DNA of 64,000 bases from Macrostomum lignano (GCA_002269645.1 NIVC01002081.1:1-64000), one strand, 5' to 3'. Positions 1 to 16,283 are shown, numbered from the stretch's first letter. Notes: generated by a model from the sequence alone, not told the origin. Program-made: numbers and translations.

Positions 1-755
1 GAGATGGTTGTCGGCTGATGAGTTGTCGGTTGAGATTATTGTCGGCTGATGAGTTGTCGGGTTGAGATGGTTGTCGGCTAATAAGTTGTCGGTTGAGATG
101 GTTGTCGGCTAATGAGTTGTCGGTTGAGATGGTTGTCGGCTAATGAGTTGTCGGTTGAGATGGTTGTCGGCTAATGAGTTGTCGGTTGAGATGGTTGTCG
201 GCTAATGAGTTGTCGGTTGAGATGGTTGTCGGCTAATGATGAGTTGTCGGTTGAGATGGTTGTCGGCTGATGAGTTGTCGGTTGAGATGGTTGTCGGCTA
301 ATAAGTTGTCGGTTGAGATGGTTGTCGGCTGATGAGTTGTCGGTTGAGATGGTTGTCGGCTGATGAGTTGTCGGTTGAGATGGTTGTCGGCTAATGAGTT
401 GTCGGTTGAGATGGTTGTCGGCTAATAAGTTGTCGGTTGAGATGGTTGTCGGCTAATAAGTTGTCGGTTGAGATGGTTGTCGGCTGATGAGTTGTCGGTT
501 GAGATGTTGTCGGCTGATGAGTTGTCGGTTGAGATGGTTGTCGGCTAATGAGTTGTCGGTTGAGATGGTTGTCGGCTAATGAGTTGTCGTTGAGATGGTT
601 ATCGGCTAATGAGTTGTCGGTTGAGATGGTTGTCGGCTGATGAGTTGTCGGTTGAGATGGTTGTCGGCTAATGAGTTGTCGGTTGAGATGGTTGTCGGCT
701 AATGAGTTGTCGTTGAGATGGTTGTCGGCTAATGAGTTGTCGATTGAGATGGTTG
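1..755. repeat. Tandem satellite, 31-bp unit GAGATGGTTGTCGGCTAATGAGTTGTCGGTT (two related GTTGTCGG half-units)
   Basis: About 24 near-identical copies read directly; the array runs off the window start. Confidence 0.95.
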
Positions 756-1597
756 CATGGAGTCAGCTGATGGGGTTTTGGTTGTGATGGTTGTCAGCTG
801 AAGGGGTTGTCAGCTGGTAAAAGTAAGGGATGTAAGCGTGTTGGGATATTGTGTACTGTTTGACTCCAGACTACTAAAGAAATTTTTTCTGATATTGTGT
901 CTTCCCGCGGCTTTCCATTTCCCCTTTTTAAATCAATCTTCAAAAATCAATTTCCAGACTGTGCAGAGCCGGACAGAAAAGTGATAAACAACACAGAGCT
1001 CTAAGTTATTGCTTCTAAAATTGTCTAGCTACGAGTACATGCGCTGCTACCTGCTATGGGCATCAATAATTTCGATTCTAAGCTCAAAACAATAAAGAAG
1101 CTGATTGAACGAATGAAGAATTATGAACTGACCATGAATCAGATAGTTTTTATCGACTCAAATTGATGATAGATTTGCCCTTGGTAATTACACATGATTA
1201 CTCTTTTTGCAAACTCGCTGGCACGCCGGCCAGGGACTACTCTAAATAAAAGTTTAAATTAAAATAGTCCTTCGAGCACGCTATTTTCTACAGCAGTTAT
1301 TTGTAATTGACTACAATTGACTAAGTATTTCTTTGATTGTCGCGGTTCAAGTGGTTTTATTTACGAGCGGTAGTATAATTTCAACAAATATCTTAATTGT
1401 AGATAAAATTCCGCTTTCACTAATAAATAATAATTAAGTAAATTCCAATAGTGTCAAATAGTTTCCATTGAAATGTACTATTTTAACGCTAACTGGATAA
1501 ATAAGTGAGTCCAGCTTGTGAAAAACACAGACGTCAATTTCCCGAGCAATTCTGCTTGAAATTTCACTTAAAACTGGGTTATAGACTACTTAAAGTA

Positions 1598-1835
1598 CCT
1601 TTCACGTTCAATTTTGATCAGAGTCCACAGTTCTAAAAAAACTAGCGGAAAGTCAATTCAGACTGGGGACATTTTTGTCTGTGGCTAAACCTTGCTTCAG
1701 TGGCAAAATGGACAGAATGTTTTGAGCTGGGGTTTGTTTTTATTGATTTTCCGTAAGCGTTGCCTGAATTGTCTGAATTGAATTTCCGCTAGTTTTTTTA
1801 GAACTGGACTTTGATCAAAATTGAACGTGAAAAGG
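1598..1835. mobile_element. MITE-like element with ~65-bp terminal inverted repeats
   Basis: CCTTTCACGTTCAATTTTGATCAGAGTCC...CTAGCGGAAAGTCAATTCAGAC (1598-1663) is the near reverse complement of 1771-1835. No clear TSD. Confidence 0.7.
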
Positions 1836-2644
1836 TGTGTAGTTGCTTACAAGCAACAAGCAGAGTTTGATTTTTCGTGAGAAATACGACTCAATGGGAC
1901 GAATCGTTGTGAACTAGAATCTAATTGCTTTGCCAACAAGTTCTCGTATTATTAGAAAACAACTGGAGTTAGACGTCGTGTAATTTCTTGGTCTATCTAT
2001 AAAGCCTAAGGGTCTCAAAATGGAAGCGTGGCCGATTTTTTCGCATGCAATGGCGGGTACAGCACGCCTGTGTAGCATGAGACAGACTAGGCCTACGAGC
2101 TAAGGTCTGCGATCCTACACACCTGCACCCCCTCTATTCTGGTGCAGGAATGGCAGGAGAACTCTCTCCAAGCTGACTCGCAAGCCGACCCAGGGGTTCG
2201 CGCCCCGCATGTGTTCAAGGCAGCCCTAGGGCTGCTGGACTGACTGGGCTCCGGCGGCGGCAACCCATCCGTGGCCTTTTGGCCAAGTTGGGTACGGGCT
2301 CCGCCCGGAAGTGAACCTGTCCTGTGCAGGTACCTCTGGCCACGGCTCTGAGGAACAGGTACCACCCTCTGACCTTAACAGGGTATGCGGCCAGTCCGCA
2401 GGCTCCGGAGGCAGTCCTCCTGCTTCCCTCAAGGGCCCAGTGTAGTACCGTGCTGATGGTCCTTTGGTTCGGCCTCTGGTTTCTCCAAGCCGGGCTCTTA
2501 GCCGGGGAGTTTCTCGGTTGCTAGCGGTCGGGCCGGTACGGGCTTAAGCCACCCCCGGTCGCTGCCTCTTGGCCTGGCTGTTGGGTTTGGGGTTACGGCC
2601 CAGCGGCTTCTCACCTCTAGTCCCCACTCGCCTTTCAGCGACTC

Positions 2645-4100
2645 ATGGAGTATTCATTTACACCTAACACGACCGATGCTGCTGGAGCACCAACCGAGGT
2701 TGGCACCGCGGCTCAGCCGGACATTCGCAACACCGGAACCCCCGGTGCCTCTCAATCTGCCGCTGCCGCCGCTCAGGATAATACCGGAGTGGCTGGACAA
2801 GACAGCGGACCTCAGATTTCGAAAAAGAAGGCCCGTAGCATTGCTCGGTACAAAGCCTTTCTCCAGCGCAAAGCAGAGGAACGGAGGAATGCGAAAGCCG
2901 CCCCTCCGGCCACCTCTGAGGAGGGTGCCAGTAACTCTGCGAACCCCGCGGAGGAGCCGACATCCGACAAGGGGGTGGACCCGCGCGCCGGTCTGATGCG
3001 TCAGGTGCCGCCGAATCTCCTGGTGCGGCTGGCCCCTCCCGTGACCGGACCTCTGCCCGTGTGGAAGCTCCCACGGCTGTGGAGGGATCCAAAGCGGGGG
3101 GCGCTGGCCAAACCACAAAGCCGAAGCGAACCTACGCGGCTATGGCCAAGAGGCAGCCGGCCCTGGTTATCCAAGGCCAGGAGACGCCTCTTACGGCCGA
3201 ACAGCTCCACCTTATCTGGCGCAGGTTGGACTCCCACCTGGTCAAGATGGCCTTGAGCGGCACCATCATTCGAGTCCAAAAGACGAAAGTCGAGGGCCAA
3301 GCCCTCTATATCCAGCCCGCCGACAGCCAGTCAGGACAGCAGCTCGAAACTTCGACTGGGGTACGGAGCTGGAGAACCTGTTCATCTACAGGGAGGACGA
3401 GCGACCCCGGACACACCGGCACCGTGCCTGGATTCCGGCTCGCAGCTGCATCACCAAGGCCGACGAGCTGCGTCACCTGCTAGTGGCTTCCAACCCGGAG
3501 CTACCGGCCAATGGTGTCGTAGTTCACGAGACCATCTCCAAGCCGGGCGGAGACGGTTTCACGGCTATTCTTGGACTGTCGGATAGCTGGATGCTCCGCT
3601 ACCCGGACATGTCCATCATCTCTGTCGGGCTGTTGCAGATTCAGCTCTTTAGCTTCGAGTCTGACGCCACCCGCCCACCGCCCCCGGAGAAGCGTAAGCG
3701 GGCAGTCGGGGGCTCTGCCGGGCGGAAACGCCCAGGAAAAGAAGCTCCCGGCCGTCACGACCCCTCCGAGGACGTGGACCCTGTCAGAGGGAAAGCCGCG
3801 AAAGCTGCAGCAACAGGCGAACGTGGAAAGGGCCGGAAACCCGCCCGGAACACTATCCGCTCTGGTCTGACTCAGCGCGCGAAGCAGCTGCTGGACACCG
3901 CCAAGGCCCCCAACCGCAGCCACCCCCAGCCCAGTGTCACCACTGTGACTCCCCCGGAAAACCGGGCCGAGAGCGAGAATGCCGCCCAGGTAGCGACATC
4001 GCCCTCGACCATGGAATCCATCCGGGAGGAGCCCATGGAGCTGGAGCCTGGAGCTATCGGCGAGGCAGAAGAGGCAGCTCTCCTGCACAACTCGCCTTGA
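2645..4100 (+). pseudogene. Retrotransposon ORF1, split by two frameshifts (~3050 and ~3345)
   Basis: MEYSF... frame switches to the ...KPKRTYAAMAK...QQL frame, then to RNFDWGTELENLFIYREDERPRTHRHRAWIP...LLHNSP*, ending at TGA 4098-4100. Confidence 0.75.
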
Positions 4101-7849
<3,749 letters not shown>

Positions 7850-8488
7850 CTGCCCGTGGTCGCCAGGGGTTAGCGAAATGGGCGGCAACGCCTCCTCGCT
7901 GTTTCCGGACGCGCGAGCCCCCTGCAGCTAAGTCTAAGTGGCCGATTTTCTTTATCGGATCCCATTACTGGATCGACCAGCAGTGTTGAATCATTTAAAA
8001 CTGTACATATCACTTATCATTTTTAAACTGTTGGCATCAATCTCGTAGAACTTGGAAATGAAAATCATTCCGATTGGAATCGATTAGAACTTGGAAGTTG
8101 GAAAGGCATAACTGTTTATTCTTCTTTTAAATACTATAGATCAAATATCTTTAATTTAATCGGTATAGGTATTCACTATACTATGATACTATCCACGTGT
8201 TGGGTCAGTTGAAGTGGTATGGTGAACAACAATATTCTGTATAAGTGTCGGCGAATGTTTAATACGTGAAACACGAAGACTTTTAGAAATTCGACCACTA
8301 AACATTTCGATTATCGCCTTCTCATAGTTAAACAAAGTTTGTAAAGTTTTAAACTTGCATCAAGCCTTCCTAAAATAAATAACTAAGTGTAAGTCCCTTA
8401 CCGAAGAGCAGCTTTGTTATAAGATAGCGTTATACAAATGTATTGCTTTTTTAGATTTCTGTTTTTTGTTTCCGAACTGGCCTGGAAG

Positions 8489-8621
8489 CACAGACCAATT
8501 AAGTATAACTTATACTAAGATAAGTATAAGTATAATAAGTATAAATTTATACTTATTGGTACTAAGATATAAGATATAAGTTATACTAAGATAAGTATAA
8601 AGTTACACTTATTGGTCTGTG
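8489..8621. mobile_element. 133-bp MITE with 8-bp TSD (hAT- or P-superfamily derived)
   Basis: TIR CACAGACCAAT(T)AAGT / ACTTATTGGTCTGTG; CCTGGAAG duplicated at 8481-8488 and 8622-8629; AT-rich TAAG/TATA interior. Confidence 0.85.
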
Positions 8622-9602
8622 CCTGGAAGTAATAATAATCTAAAATATACGTTCCTAATTAAAGTACACATGAACTGAATTTTCAAATTTTTAAATTTAG
8701 CTAAGTATCAGATATTGTCGTGAATTTTTCACAAAAGCATTTATGAAAAGAAGTCTATTCGCTAAATTTGGCTCCACATTATGTTTACTGATTGCTAGAC
8801 CTATTTAGCTTTTTGGTCTAATTTTATTTATTTTTACCACTATGCCTGGGATAATTATTTCGACAACTTTAGTTAGGCAACCACTAAACTTAAGAAGGCT
8901 GTAAGGCCTAAGGGCTTGTTAAAAATTCTTTGTTGTTAGCTAGGCCTAGCTTTTTTATAGACTAATTTCCAGAGCCACAGCCATAGTTGCATAGGCCTAA
9001 GCTATAATACTATGTTAGCCAGGTATATCTAATAAAATTCTGATTAATGACTAAAGTGAAATATATAATATAATCTAAACCTATAAAACCCTTTCCTTAT
9101 TATTATTATCTTATGTTTTGCTTTAGGGTGAGCCTTGCCCTTGGACCCTATAGACTATATTATATTACATGATTATTATTTATTTAGTATTAAATTAATA
9201 TATCTTACTTATAGAGTTGGAGCTATATATACACATTTTAATATAGGCCTAGCTATATTGTAAACAACCAAAACAATTGGCACCCATATTTATCAATCAA
9301 ATATCTTATCAAAGCCTAAACTTCAAAGTAAAACCATCAAAATTAGATGTTTAGTCAAAGCTTTAGCCCATTTTAAATTAAATAAAGAGATTTTATTTAT
9401 ATCAAATTATAAAATATAATTTAATTGACTTGCTTAATTATAATTTTTCAATATTTAGGGGCCTAGACAATAATCCAATCTTTTAAGTTAGGCCTAATAT
9501 TATTATTATTATTTGTATTATTATTAGCCAATATTTTATTATATAAGATCAATTAATATGTATATATAATACTATTCTTATTTGTTAATTTCCAAGCCTA
9601 AC

Positions 9603-9790
9603 AAGCAGGGGTTATAGCCTAATGATTAGAGCATTGGACTTATAATTGAAGGTTGGAGATTGAATTCCTAATCAATATTAGAATAATTTGTATCCTTGAG
9701 CAAGCACTTAACTTTGCATTGCTTTAAGTTTAGTTCATCCAACTATAAAATTGGTATTAGCATTAGCTAGTATAATTGAGGCTGAGTGCC
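9603..9790 (+). mobile_element. Degenerate tRNA-derived SINE
   Basis: tRNA-like head with box A-like TAGCCTAATGA and box B-like GATTGAATTCC, followed by TCCTTGAGCAAGCACTTAAC, which resembles a common SINE central motif; all CpGs are gone. Confidence 0.5.
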
Positions 9791-10444
9791 AACCACCTAG
9801 TCTTTGGACTGAAAAGCCATATACAGCCTTTAGATACACTGCATAATAGCTAAGCCATTGATTGCCCATCTGGCCATTGGGATATGTATAATCAATTATT
9901 ATTTATTTAATATTAATTTTTTAAGCTTTTATATAGTTATTAAATAGCATAAAAATTACACCTAAATAGCCAATAAATAAATATTATATTGTTTACAAAA
10001 GAATTTAATTGCTCATGAAGTCAGTTAATTGCTCATGAAATCAATTAATTACTCGAGATCAATCAGTTAATAGATAGATAGATGACAGATAGATAGATAG
10101 ATATCTAGATATATATATATATATATGATTACAAAGACTATGATTATATGTCATCTCCTAAAAATGATAAGGTCTAAAAGTTTCTAAAAGTATATTATAT
10201 AAACTATATATAAATAGTTTTAATTTTTTTATAACAGATGCTTAATATTTTTTAATATTCAAGATTGACTGCATGACCTCACAATCAACTGATTGATCTC
10301 GAGATGACAGATGACAGATAGATAGAGATATCTAAATAGACTCTAAAGATATCTAAATATCTAGATACTAAAAATACTCATTCTATATACTAAAAATGAT
10401 AAGGTCTATATGTTTCAAGTCGATCAATTTACCATAAATCAATA

Positions 10445-11401
10445 ATGATTTCGATAAAAAATCGCATGCAGCAAGAGCAGGCTTTTATTGGTGGCAGCAG
10501 TGGCGGCAGCAACCTCAGTTTGCCATCAGGATCGGCAACAGCAATGCCAGCATTGCCATTCAATCCTGTTGGTCAGCGGCGTCATACCAGCTTGCTTACC
10601 ACTGGCCAATTAGTGCAAGGAGCTGATGGCGATATCTATGTTGTGATTTTGCCTCAGCAGCAGCAGCAGCAGCAGCAAGCATCGTCATTTGCTCAAGTTC
10701 CTGCGCCGCCTCCGCCTCCATTAGAGGCTGCACCCACGCCCAAGTCTAGTGTTAAACGAGCTCGCAAAACTCTAGCCACGCCGGTCAGCTTAGCAACAAT
10801 GGCTGCCGCCACGGCCAGCACCGCCGCCACCACTGTTAGTCGTTCCTTCCTGGCGCCATCCTCGACTACTTCAGCCGCAGTCGCGGCGGCAGTAGATCGT
10901 CGACTAAGTCACAACGAAGTTGAACGTCGACGTCGAGATAAAATCAATGCTCTGATTGGCCAACTAGCCGAGCTGATGCCGCCAATCAGCAATGGCCAAA
11001 TGGCTGGCAGTGGCACCTCCAATGGGGCCTCAACTAACTGTTGCGCGCCTAAAAGCGCTGTACTAGATCGAGCTGTTGTCTATTTCGATAAAGTCAGACG
11101 CGAGGGCGATAGGTTGACTAGCGAGCGAGACTGTTTGAGAGCTCGATTAGACCAGTTGGAGTCCAAGTCGAGCAATTTGCGAAAAGAGAATGCCCAACTT
11201 CGCCAACAGTTAGGCTTAGCAACTGTTGATGATGCTGCTCCTGCCGCTTGTTTGTTGTCGGCGAATTTTAAAGTCGACTTCGAAGATGAAGAGTCGGAGG
11301 CTGGGACTAGGACAGCCGCCCAGTTCGACGAAGACCCGTCCAAGTCTGAAAGCGTTATTTGCAAAAATTTCAAGTGCTGTAACGATGATGATGATGCTTA
11401 G
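10445..11401 (+). CDS. usf: USF-like bHLH-leucine zipper transcription factor, single coding exon (318 aa; ATG 10466 is an alternative start)
   Basis: Basic-helix RRLSHNEVERRRRDKIN..I.QL, helix 2 KSAVLDRAVVYF, heptad zipper ...LRARLDQLESKSSNLRKENAQLRQQL; AATAAA at ~11530. Confidence 0.85.
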   Translation: MISIKNRMQQEQAFIGGSSGGSNLSLPSGSATAMPALPFNPVGQRRHTSLLTTGQLVQGADGDIYVVILPQQQQQQQQASSFAQVPAPPPPPLEAAPTPKSSVKRARKTLATPVSLATMAAATASTAATTVSRSFLAPSSTTSAAVAAAVDRRLSHNEVERRRRDKINALIGQLAELMPPISNGQMAGSGTSNGASTNCCAPKSAVLDRAVVYFDKVRREGDRLTSERDCLRARLDQLESKSSNLRKENAQLRQQLGLATVDDAAPAACLLSANFKVDFEDEESEAGTRTAAQFDEDPSKSESVICKNFKCCNDDDDA

Positions 11402-11594
11402 GCTATAGCCAAGCTTAACTACTTTTTGCTGGTTGCCTTCTTTGGTTGCTAAGTCAGTAACAATATTGTGCCTGGTTTTTGTGCGTGAAATTATCTTCTT
11501 TCTGAGGGATGCTGTGGGGTCTGCTGCTTAATAAAAAGGTCCAGTTGTTTAAAGAAAATGAGTTGTCTTATATACTTCGTATTAATAGTGTAAG

Positions 11595-12629
11595 ACTGCG
11601 CTAATTGGCTCTAGATTCTATTCTAGTAATTGACTAGCAATTTTCAATTAAAATGACGTGGTTAATTTTGATTGGCTAGCGATTTTCAACTAAATAACGT
11701 GGTTGATTCTGATTGGCAAGCGACTTTCAACTGAATGACGTGGTTGATTTTGATTGGCTAGCGATTTTCAACTAAATGAAGTGGTTGATTAGCTAACGGT
11801 TTGAAACAAATCACGTGAAAAACGTAATCTTATTAGTACCAGTTTTCAACGACTGTTAAACCGCACTGTTGACCCAGACGTTTTAATATTATATCTTTCA
11901 TAATTTCTCTCTGACCCAGTTTATTTTACATCATCTCATAATTCATCATGCCTAAGCATACTGAACTGATTACTATTGTCGTTCTTAAGTTGCTTCACTT
12001 GCTTACTGCACTTTCCTTTAAAGGTGCTTGGCTTAACAAAACGAGTCAGTTGTTATTGAATTCAGAAGTCTATGAAACATAAAAATCTTCCGTTGAATTA
12101 ACTGAATAAACGCTACACTGTAAGTTACGTTAAAGTATGTCTACTTAGTGTCGCAGATTTTTTAAAAAGATCGTTAATTTTATTTTGTTAATGAGGTGTT
12201 TTATTGGTGTTACCTGTTTTTGCACTCTTGCTTTTATAGTCGTTTCTGCACCCCTCTTAATAATCCTATTTCTAACTATATTAAAATATGTTTCAAAGAG
12301 CTGTCTAGATATGTCTAGATCATTCATATATCCTTATTGATTAATATTCTTTCAGTTAGTATTACTTGTAGTAGTTTGTCGCTCCTTTCTGATCGTTTTA
12401 ATAGAAAGTTATTTTTTAGTAATTTTATTCTGTAGCAAAAGATCAGAGATACAACAGCAACTGCTATTGATGTTATAATCTGTTTTTTATAACAGAATCC
12501 TCTAGAAGTTCCTAAGTCAATAAGAAGTGAATAGCCCTCATAATTTTCCAAGGAACTAAAGTGTCTGTCCAGTCCTACTACTTCTAGTAGTTGATCCTCA
12601 GAAATGATAAAACTAGCGTTTAGCGCAGT
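11595..12629. mobile_element. ~1-kb element bounded by a 10-bp inverted repeat, with four to five 41-bp tandem repeats and a decayed minus-strand reading frame
   Basis: ACTGCGCTAA (11595-11604) / TTAGCGCAGT (12620-12629); units TGACGTGGTTGATTTTGATTGGCTAGCGATTTTCAACTAAA at ~11610-11790; short ORF pieces at 12145-12551 (-). Confidence 0.45.
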
Positions 12630-13789
12630 ATAATATACACGTAGTTTATAGTTTTTTGTTATAATTTTGCAGATTTATTTTCTTAATCATAATTATTGTT
12701 CTATATGCTAATTAAAAACTCTTCGTATGGCTTGTCATTTATAACAGTTTTGTTTTTATGGCTGCAAGTTACACAACTGATTCTATTGTGCACCATTCAA
12801 AACTATGTTTATTCTGAAAGAAAAAATATTATTTTGACAAGTTAGGACTTGAAAAATTTCTGCCTACTTAAGCCCGGGGCTTGACGAATTTAACATTTGT
12901 GTATTTTACTGTGCTAACAACAGGTGCGCGCACCCAGTGAATTACTACTATTATACACTGAGTAGTTTGTGTAATAATAACACTCGCCCAAATTGATATT
13001 AGCTTCTGAAAAGCTTTAAGTATATGTCATTGGTCATCGTCATCTGTTCGTTTCATTGCGTCATTGCAATATGCAATTCATTCAAATGAACAGCTTTGTT
13101 TATTAGTTTTTTCTTTGTTTATTTTTCGAGTCATCATCGCCGGAGTCTTTTGTTCGGTTTCTAGTGCCGATAATTGTAGCCTTCATCGGATAAATTAACT
13201 ATAAGGAAAAAATTGGTACGGATTGGGTTCAAAGGTCTTTATTTTCATAATTTCTTGCAAATCTCTTTATTTTCAAGTAAGCCTCGATTTGTCTACTTTA
13301 GCATAAGCTCACCAAACACTGTCTCGAACCGAACTGGAACTGAACACAGCTTTAAAACTGGCCATAGTTGATTCATTTCTATTGGTCTAGCCCCTCCACC
13401 CATGAGATCAAGGTCTCCAATTGTCTTTTTAAGTCTCGGGTTTTGAGTGGCCTATATTACTAGATACGGGAACTTTTGATATGAAAAATGTGTTCTTGTG
13501 ACCATATCCGTATCCACATGTTCTACCTAAAAACCTCCGTATCTGTAACTTCCCATAGCCGTATCTGTAGCTATGGCGGAACTCGACCAAAGAGGGTTCT
13601 GTTGTAATCAACCCACAGCACCTTTCTTCTTCTAACGAAGTGTCTCCCAGTAGTTCATCCGAGGCATACGGCCACAATTGACTCCACAATGAGGACAAAA
13701 TACTCCACAAGAACGTTACGGATGGTAAGGTGGTGTCCTTATGTGTTTGCAGTCAGTCAGCTGTCTCTGTTGACACAAACAACAACAGC

Positions 13790-14340
13790 AACATACATTG
13801 TCAGCCAGTCAAGCGTGGGGCAATATCACCGGGCGCATTTTAAAGGCCGGGGCGCAAACGTAGGCCGCACCGCCGGCAGTGTCCGGGGCGCCGGCGTCAG
13901 CCAGCAGGCAGTCAACAAAACGCCGAGAACGCGCCTGCCCCCGCCGGTAGGGTGCCTGCAGCGTCAGCAGCAGCACCTCCGGCACCGGCTGTGGGCAGTA
14001 CGTCTCGGATCGGATGATATGGCCTACCAGCTGGAGTCGCCGACGGCGCAACATATCGCTGGGACGGGACAGGCTGGTGCGGCGATAGCTGTGCCGCATT
14101 GGTGACTCGCTCGTAGCTGATTTTGAAGGCGGCGCCAGCAGACCAGCGTGCGCCGCATCGACCAGCTGGTCGAGCGATTCCGTCAGCGTCCAGGTCTGGG
14201 CGTTGTACAACAGGACAGTCTCGATCACCGCCTGGAACAACGCCGTCCTTTGGCGGTCAGGCAGGACCTCGGACTGCAGGACAGCCCTCACGGAACGGAA
14301 GGCAGCCCAGGCAAGTCCACGCTGCAGTGTTGCCACCACT
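13790..14340 (-). mobile_element. 5'-truncated RTE-clade non-LTR retrotransposon 3' fragment
   Basis: LFQAVIETVLLYNAQTWTL...LRRRRLQLVGHIIR...RRGQARSRRFVDCL matches the C-terminal region of RTE ORFs (LLYG.ETW, RRL.W.GH); a frameshift is present. Confidence 0.8.
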
Positions 14341-14699
14341 GCGATTTTTTATCGCTCAGCGATAATTTTGTCCATTTTTCTCGTTTCCTGCGATTTTTTG
14401 TGGACACCAGTCCTTTCAACTTTTTATCAAGTACTGAGCTGTGTTTCATTTTGTGCTCAATTTAAGTGCCATGAACGTCATCAATATAGCGTGAGGCTGT
14501 GCAAGCCTCCGGTTTTGAAGCTCGGCGAAAGGAGATTGAGCATGCTGCGGTCGAGCGAGCACTGAAGAAAGCTGCCGACGAAACGGCTCGGCGAAAGAGA
14601 CAGACGGAGTTCAGCGCTCGATCTGTCCTGCCAAAGGTTCCAAAGAAAAAAGGAACATCCACTGAAGAGCCTGCAGTTTTGCCTGACTGGCGCAGTGCA

Positions 14700-14790
14700 T
14701 TTTGCCCGCAAGTGAATTGCCCGTCGAGATTTGCCCACGAGTGAATTGCCCGCCGTGGTTTGCCCGCAAATGTTTTTTTCCAGCAGCGCA
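14700..14790. repeat. Short relic of the TTTGCCCGC 14-15-bp repeat family
   Basis: ATTTGCCCGCAAGTGAATTGCCCGTCGAGATTTGCCCACGAG resembles the left end of the 44410 element. Confidence 0.6.
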
Positions 14791-15723
14791 TTTGGCCACG
14801 TGGTAGACTTTGTTTGAATTGCCCTCCAATCCTTAATAAGTCTTAACATTCAAACACATGGAGGTAAGAGTAGAATTTTTAAAGAATTTGACGAATTATT
14901 GATAGAATTAGGTAATTTAACAATGCAAGCCATTAATAAAATTTCTCTGTAAACAGAAACAAATTTTCTACTACTTTCTTACTACAGAGTAGAAATAAAA
15001 ATTCTCAATTGTTCTTGTAGATTTTTTGCAACGCAACGCATTTGTTGTAATGAGAACTACACGAATTGGACACACGAATGCAAACAGTTTATAGAATAAT
15101 TTTATGTAAATGTATGTACAAGTTGTGCACAGAAAATTGGTTGCGTAGTGGGTCAGTATAATAAAAAATGATTATTGTAGCACCATATAATATGTACAAA
15201 AAAAACAAGTGACCGTGATCCACGCATTAAAACTTGTCAACAGCTATTTGGCTTCTCTATTGTATCGTTGTTCGCATGTACTAAGTGCAGATAAAAACAA
15301 TGTTAGTGCGGCGTGAGTGCAAGTCATTCTTTAAGGCATTATAGAAAGTGAAAATTTTTATGCTTAGAAATAAAACTTAATTATCGTTTATAAGCAAAGC
15401 CATGTAGTTCACAGTAAGAAGACAATACCTCGAAAGGTAATTATCATAAATTATAAAAAGTCCAAAGCAGTTAAAATCGAACTAAGTTAAAAAAACAAAA
15501 TATAGTTTTGAGTATTCAACGAATGATTCAAAAAGTTGTTAAGAAATTTGTTGACGTTTTAAACAAAAAACATTATTAATTAATAAAAATGATAGGCAGA
15601 AAAATGCTGATGCCGCTAAAATAGTCCTTAACACGTCTTGAAGGCGGACTGAAGAAACAGATTATAAAATAAACTTGAAAGAGGGAAAGAGAACGATATA
15701 GCAAATAAGTTATCAATTCAGCT

Positions 15724-16283
15724 TTAGTCTGTTGGTGACACATCATTGGCAGCACTGCTGGCACCTGCAGCAGCTGGAGACACCAGTCGAACTGGTTTGC
15801 TAGCTTTTCGCCTCGAATGCTGCTGCTGCTGAGGTTGGTCTGTCTGCTTCGGCTCTTGCTGTGCAGCTGTACTCTTCCGCAAATCTAGCCCATCGCCCTC
15901 CTCTGCAGCAGCCTGCTCAGAGGATCGATTGACTCCGAGAGTTGCCGCAGAACCAGATGCAATTTTATTTCTCATCCGATGATTATGAAACCAGTTCGTA
16001 ACGGTTTTCACTGGCAATCGGAATTCGTTAGCCAATTGTTCAACTGTGCCAACGGCTGGATAAGGCTCCCTGCTGAAGGCCTCCAGCAGTATCGCCTTCT
16101 GCGTCTCGGTGAACATGTAACGCGACTTCTTGCTCGGAGTCGCTCCGCCCTGAGGCGAATCAACGGAGCTGGCAGCGTCGGAGAAAATCTCGCTACTGTT
16201 GTTGTTGTTATTGTTGCTATTGGGCAGTGCAGAAGTGAGAGTCAGTGAAGCCGCCGACGTTAAGTTTCGGACAGATGATCCGG
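15724..16283 (-). CDS. cut: cut last exon: CUT-class homeodomain
   Basis: [54 protein letters not shown]; the WFHNHRMR helix 3 is typical of cut. Acceptor TTCCAG at 16284. Confidence 0.95.

Noticed and set aside
7850-7937. HDV-like ribozyme in the retrotransposon 3' UTR (GCC-TCCTCGC-TG resembles HDV L3; GCGAA and GCTAA nearby)
   Set aside because: No P3 3' strand or 7-bp P1 can be built in the required order; the region folds as a simple GCTGCCC/GGGCGGC hairpin.
12145-12560. Ciliate-code gene (a minus-strand frame with many TAA/TAG readable as Gln)
   Set aside because: TGA stops occur in the same frame, AT-rich DNA gives frequent TAA/TAG by chance, and the peptide has no recognisable motif.
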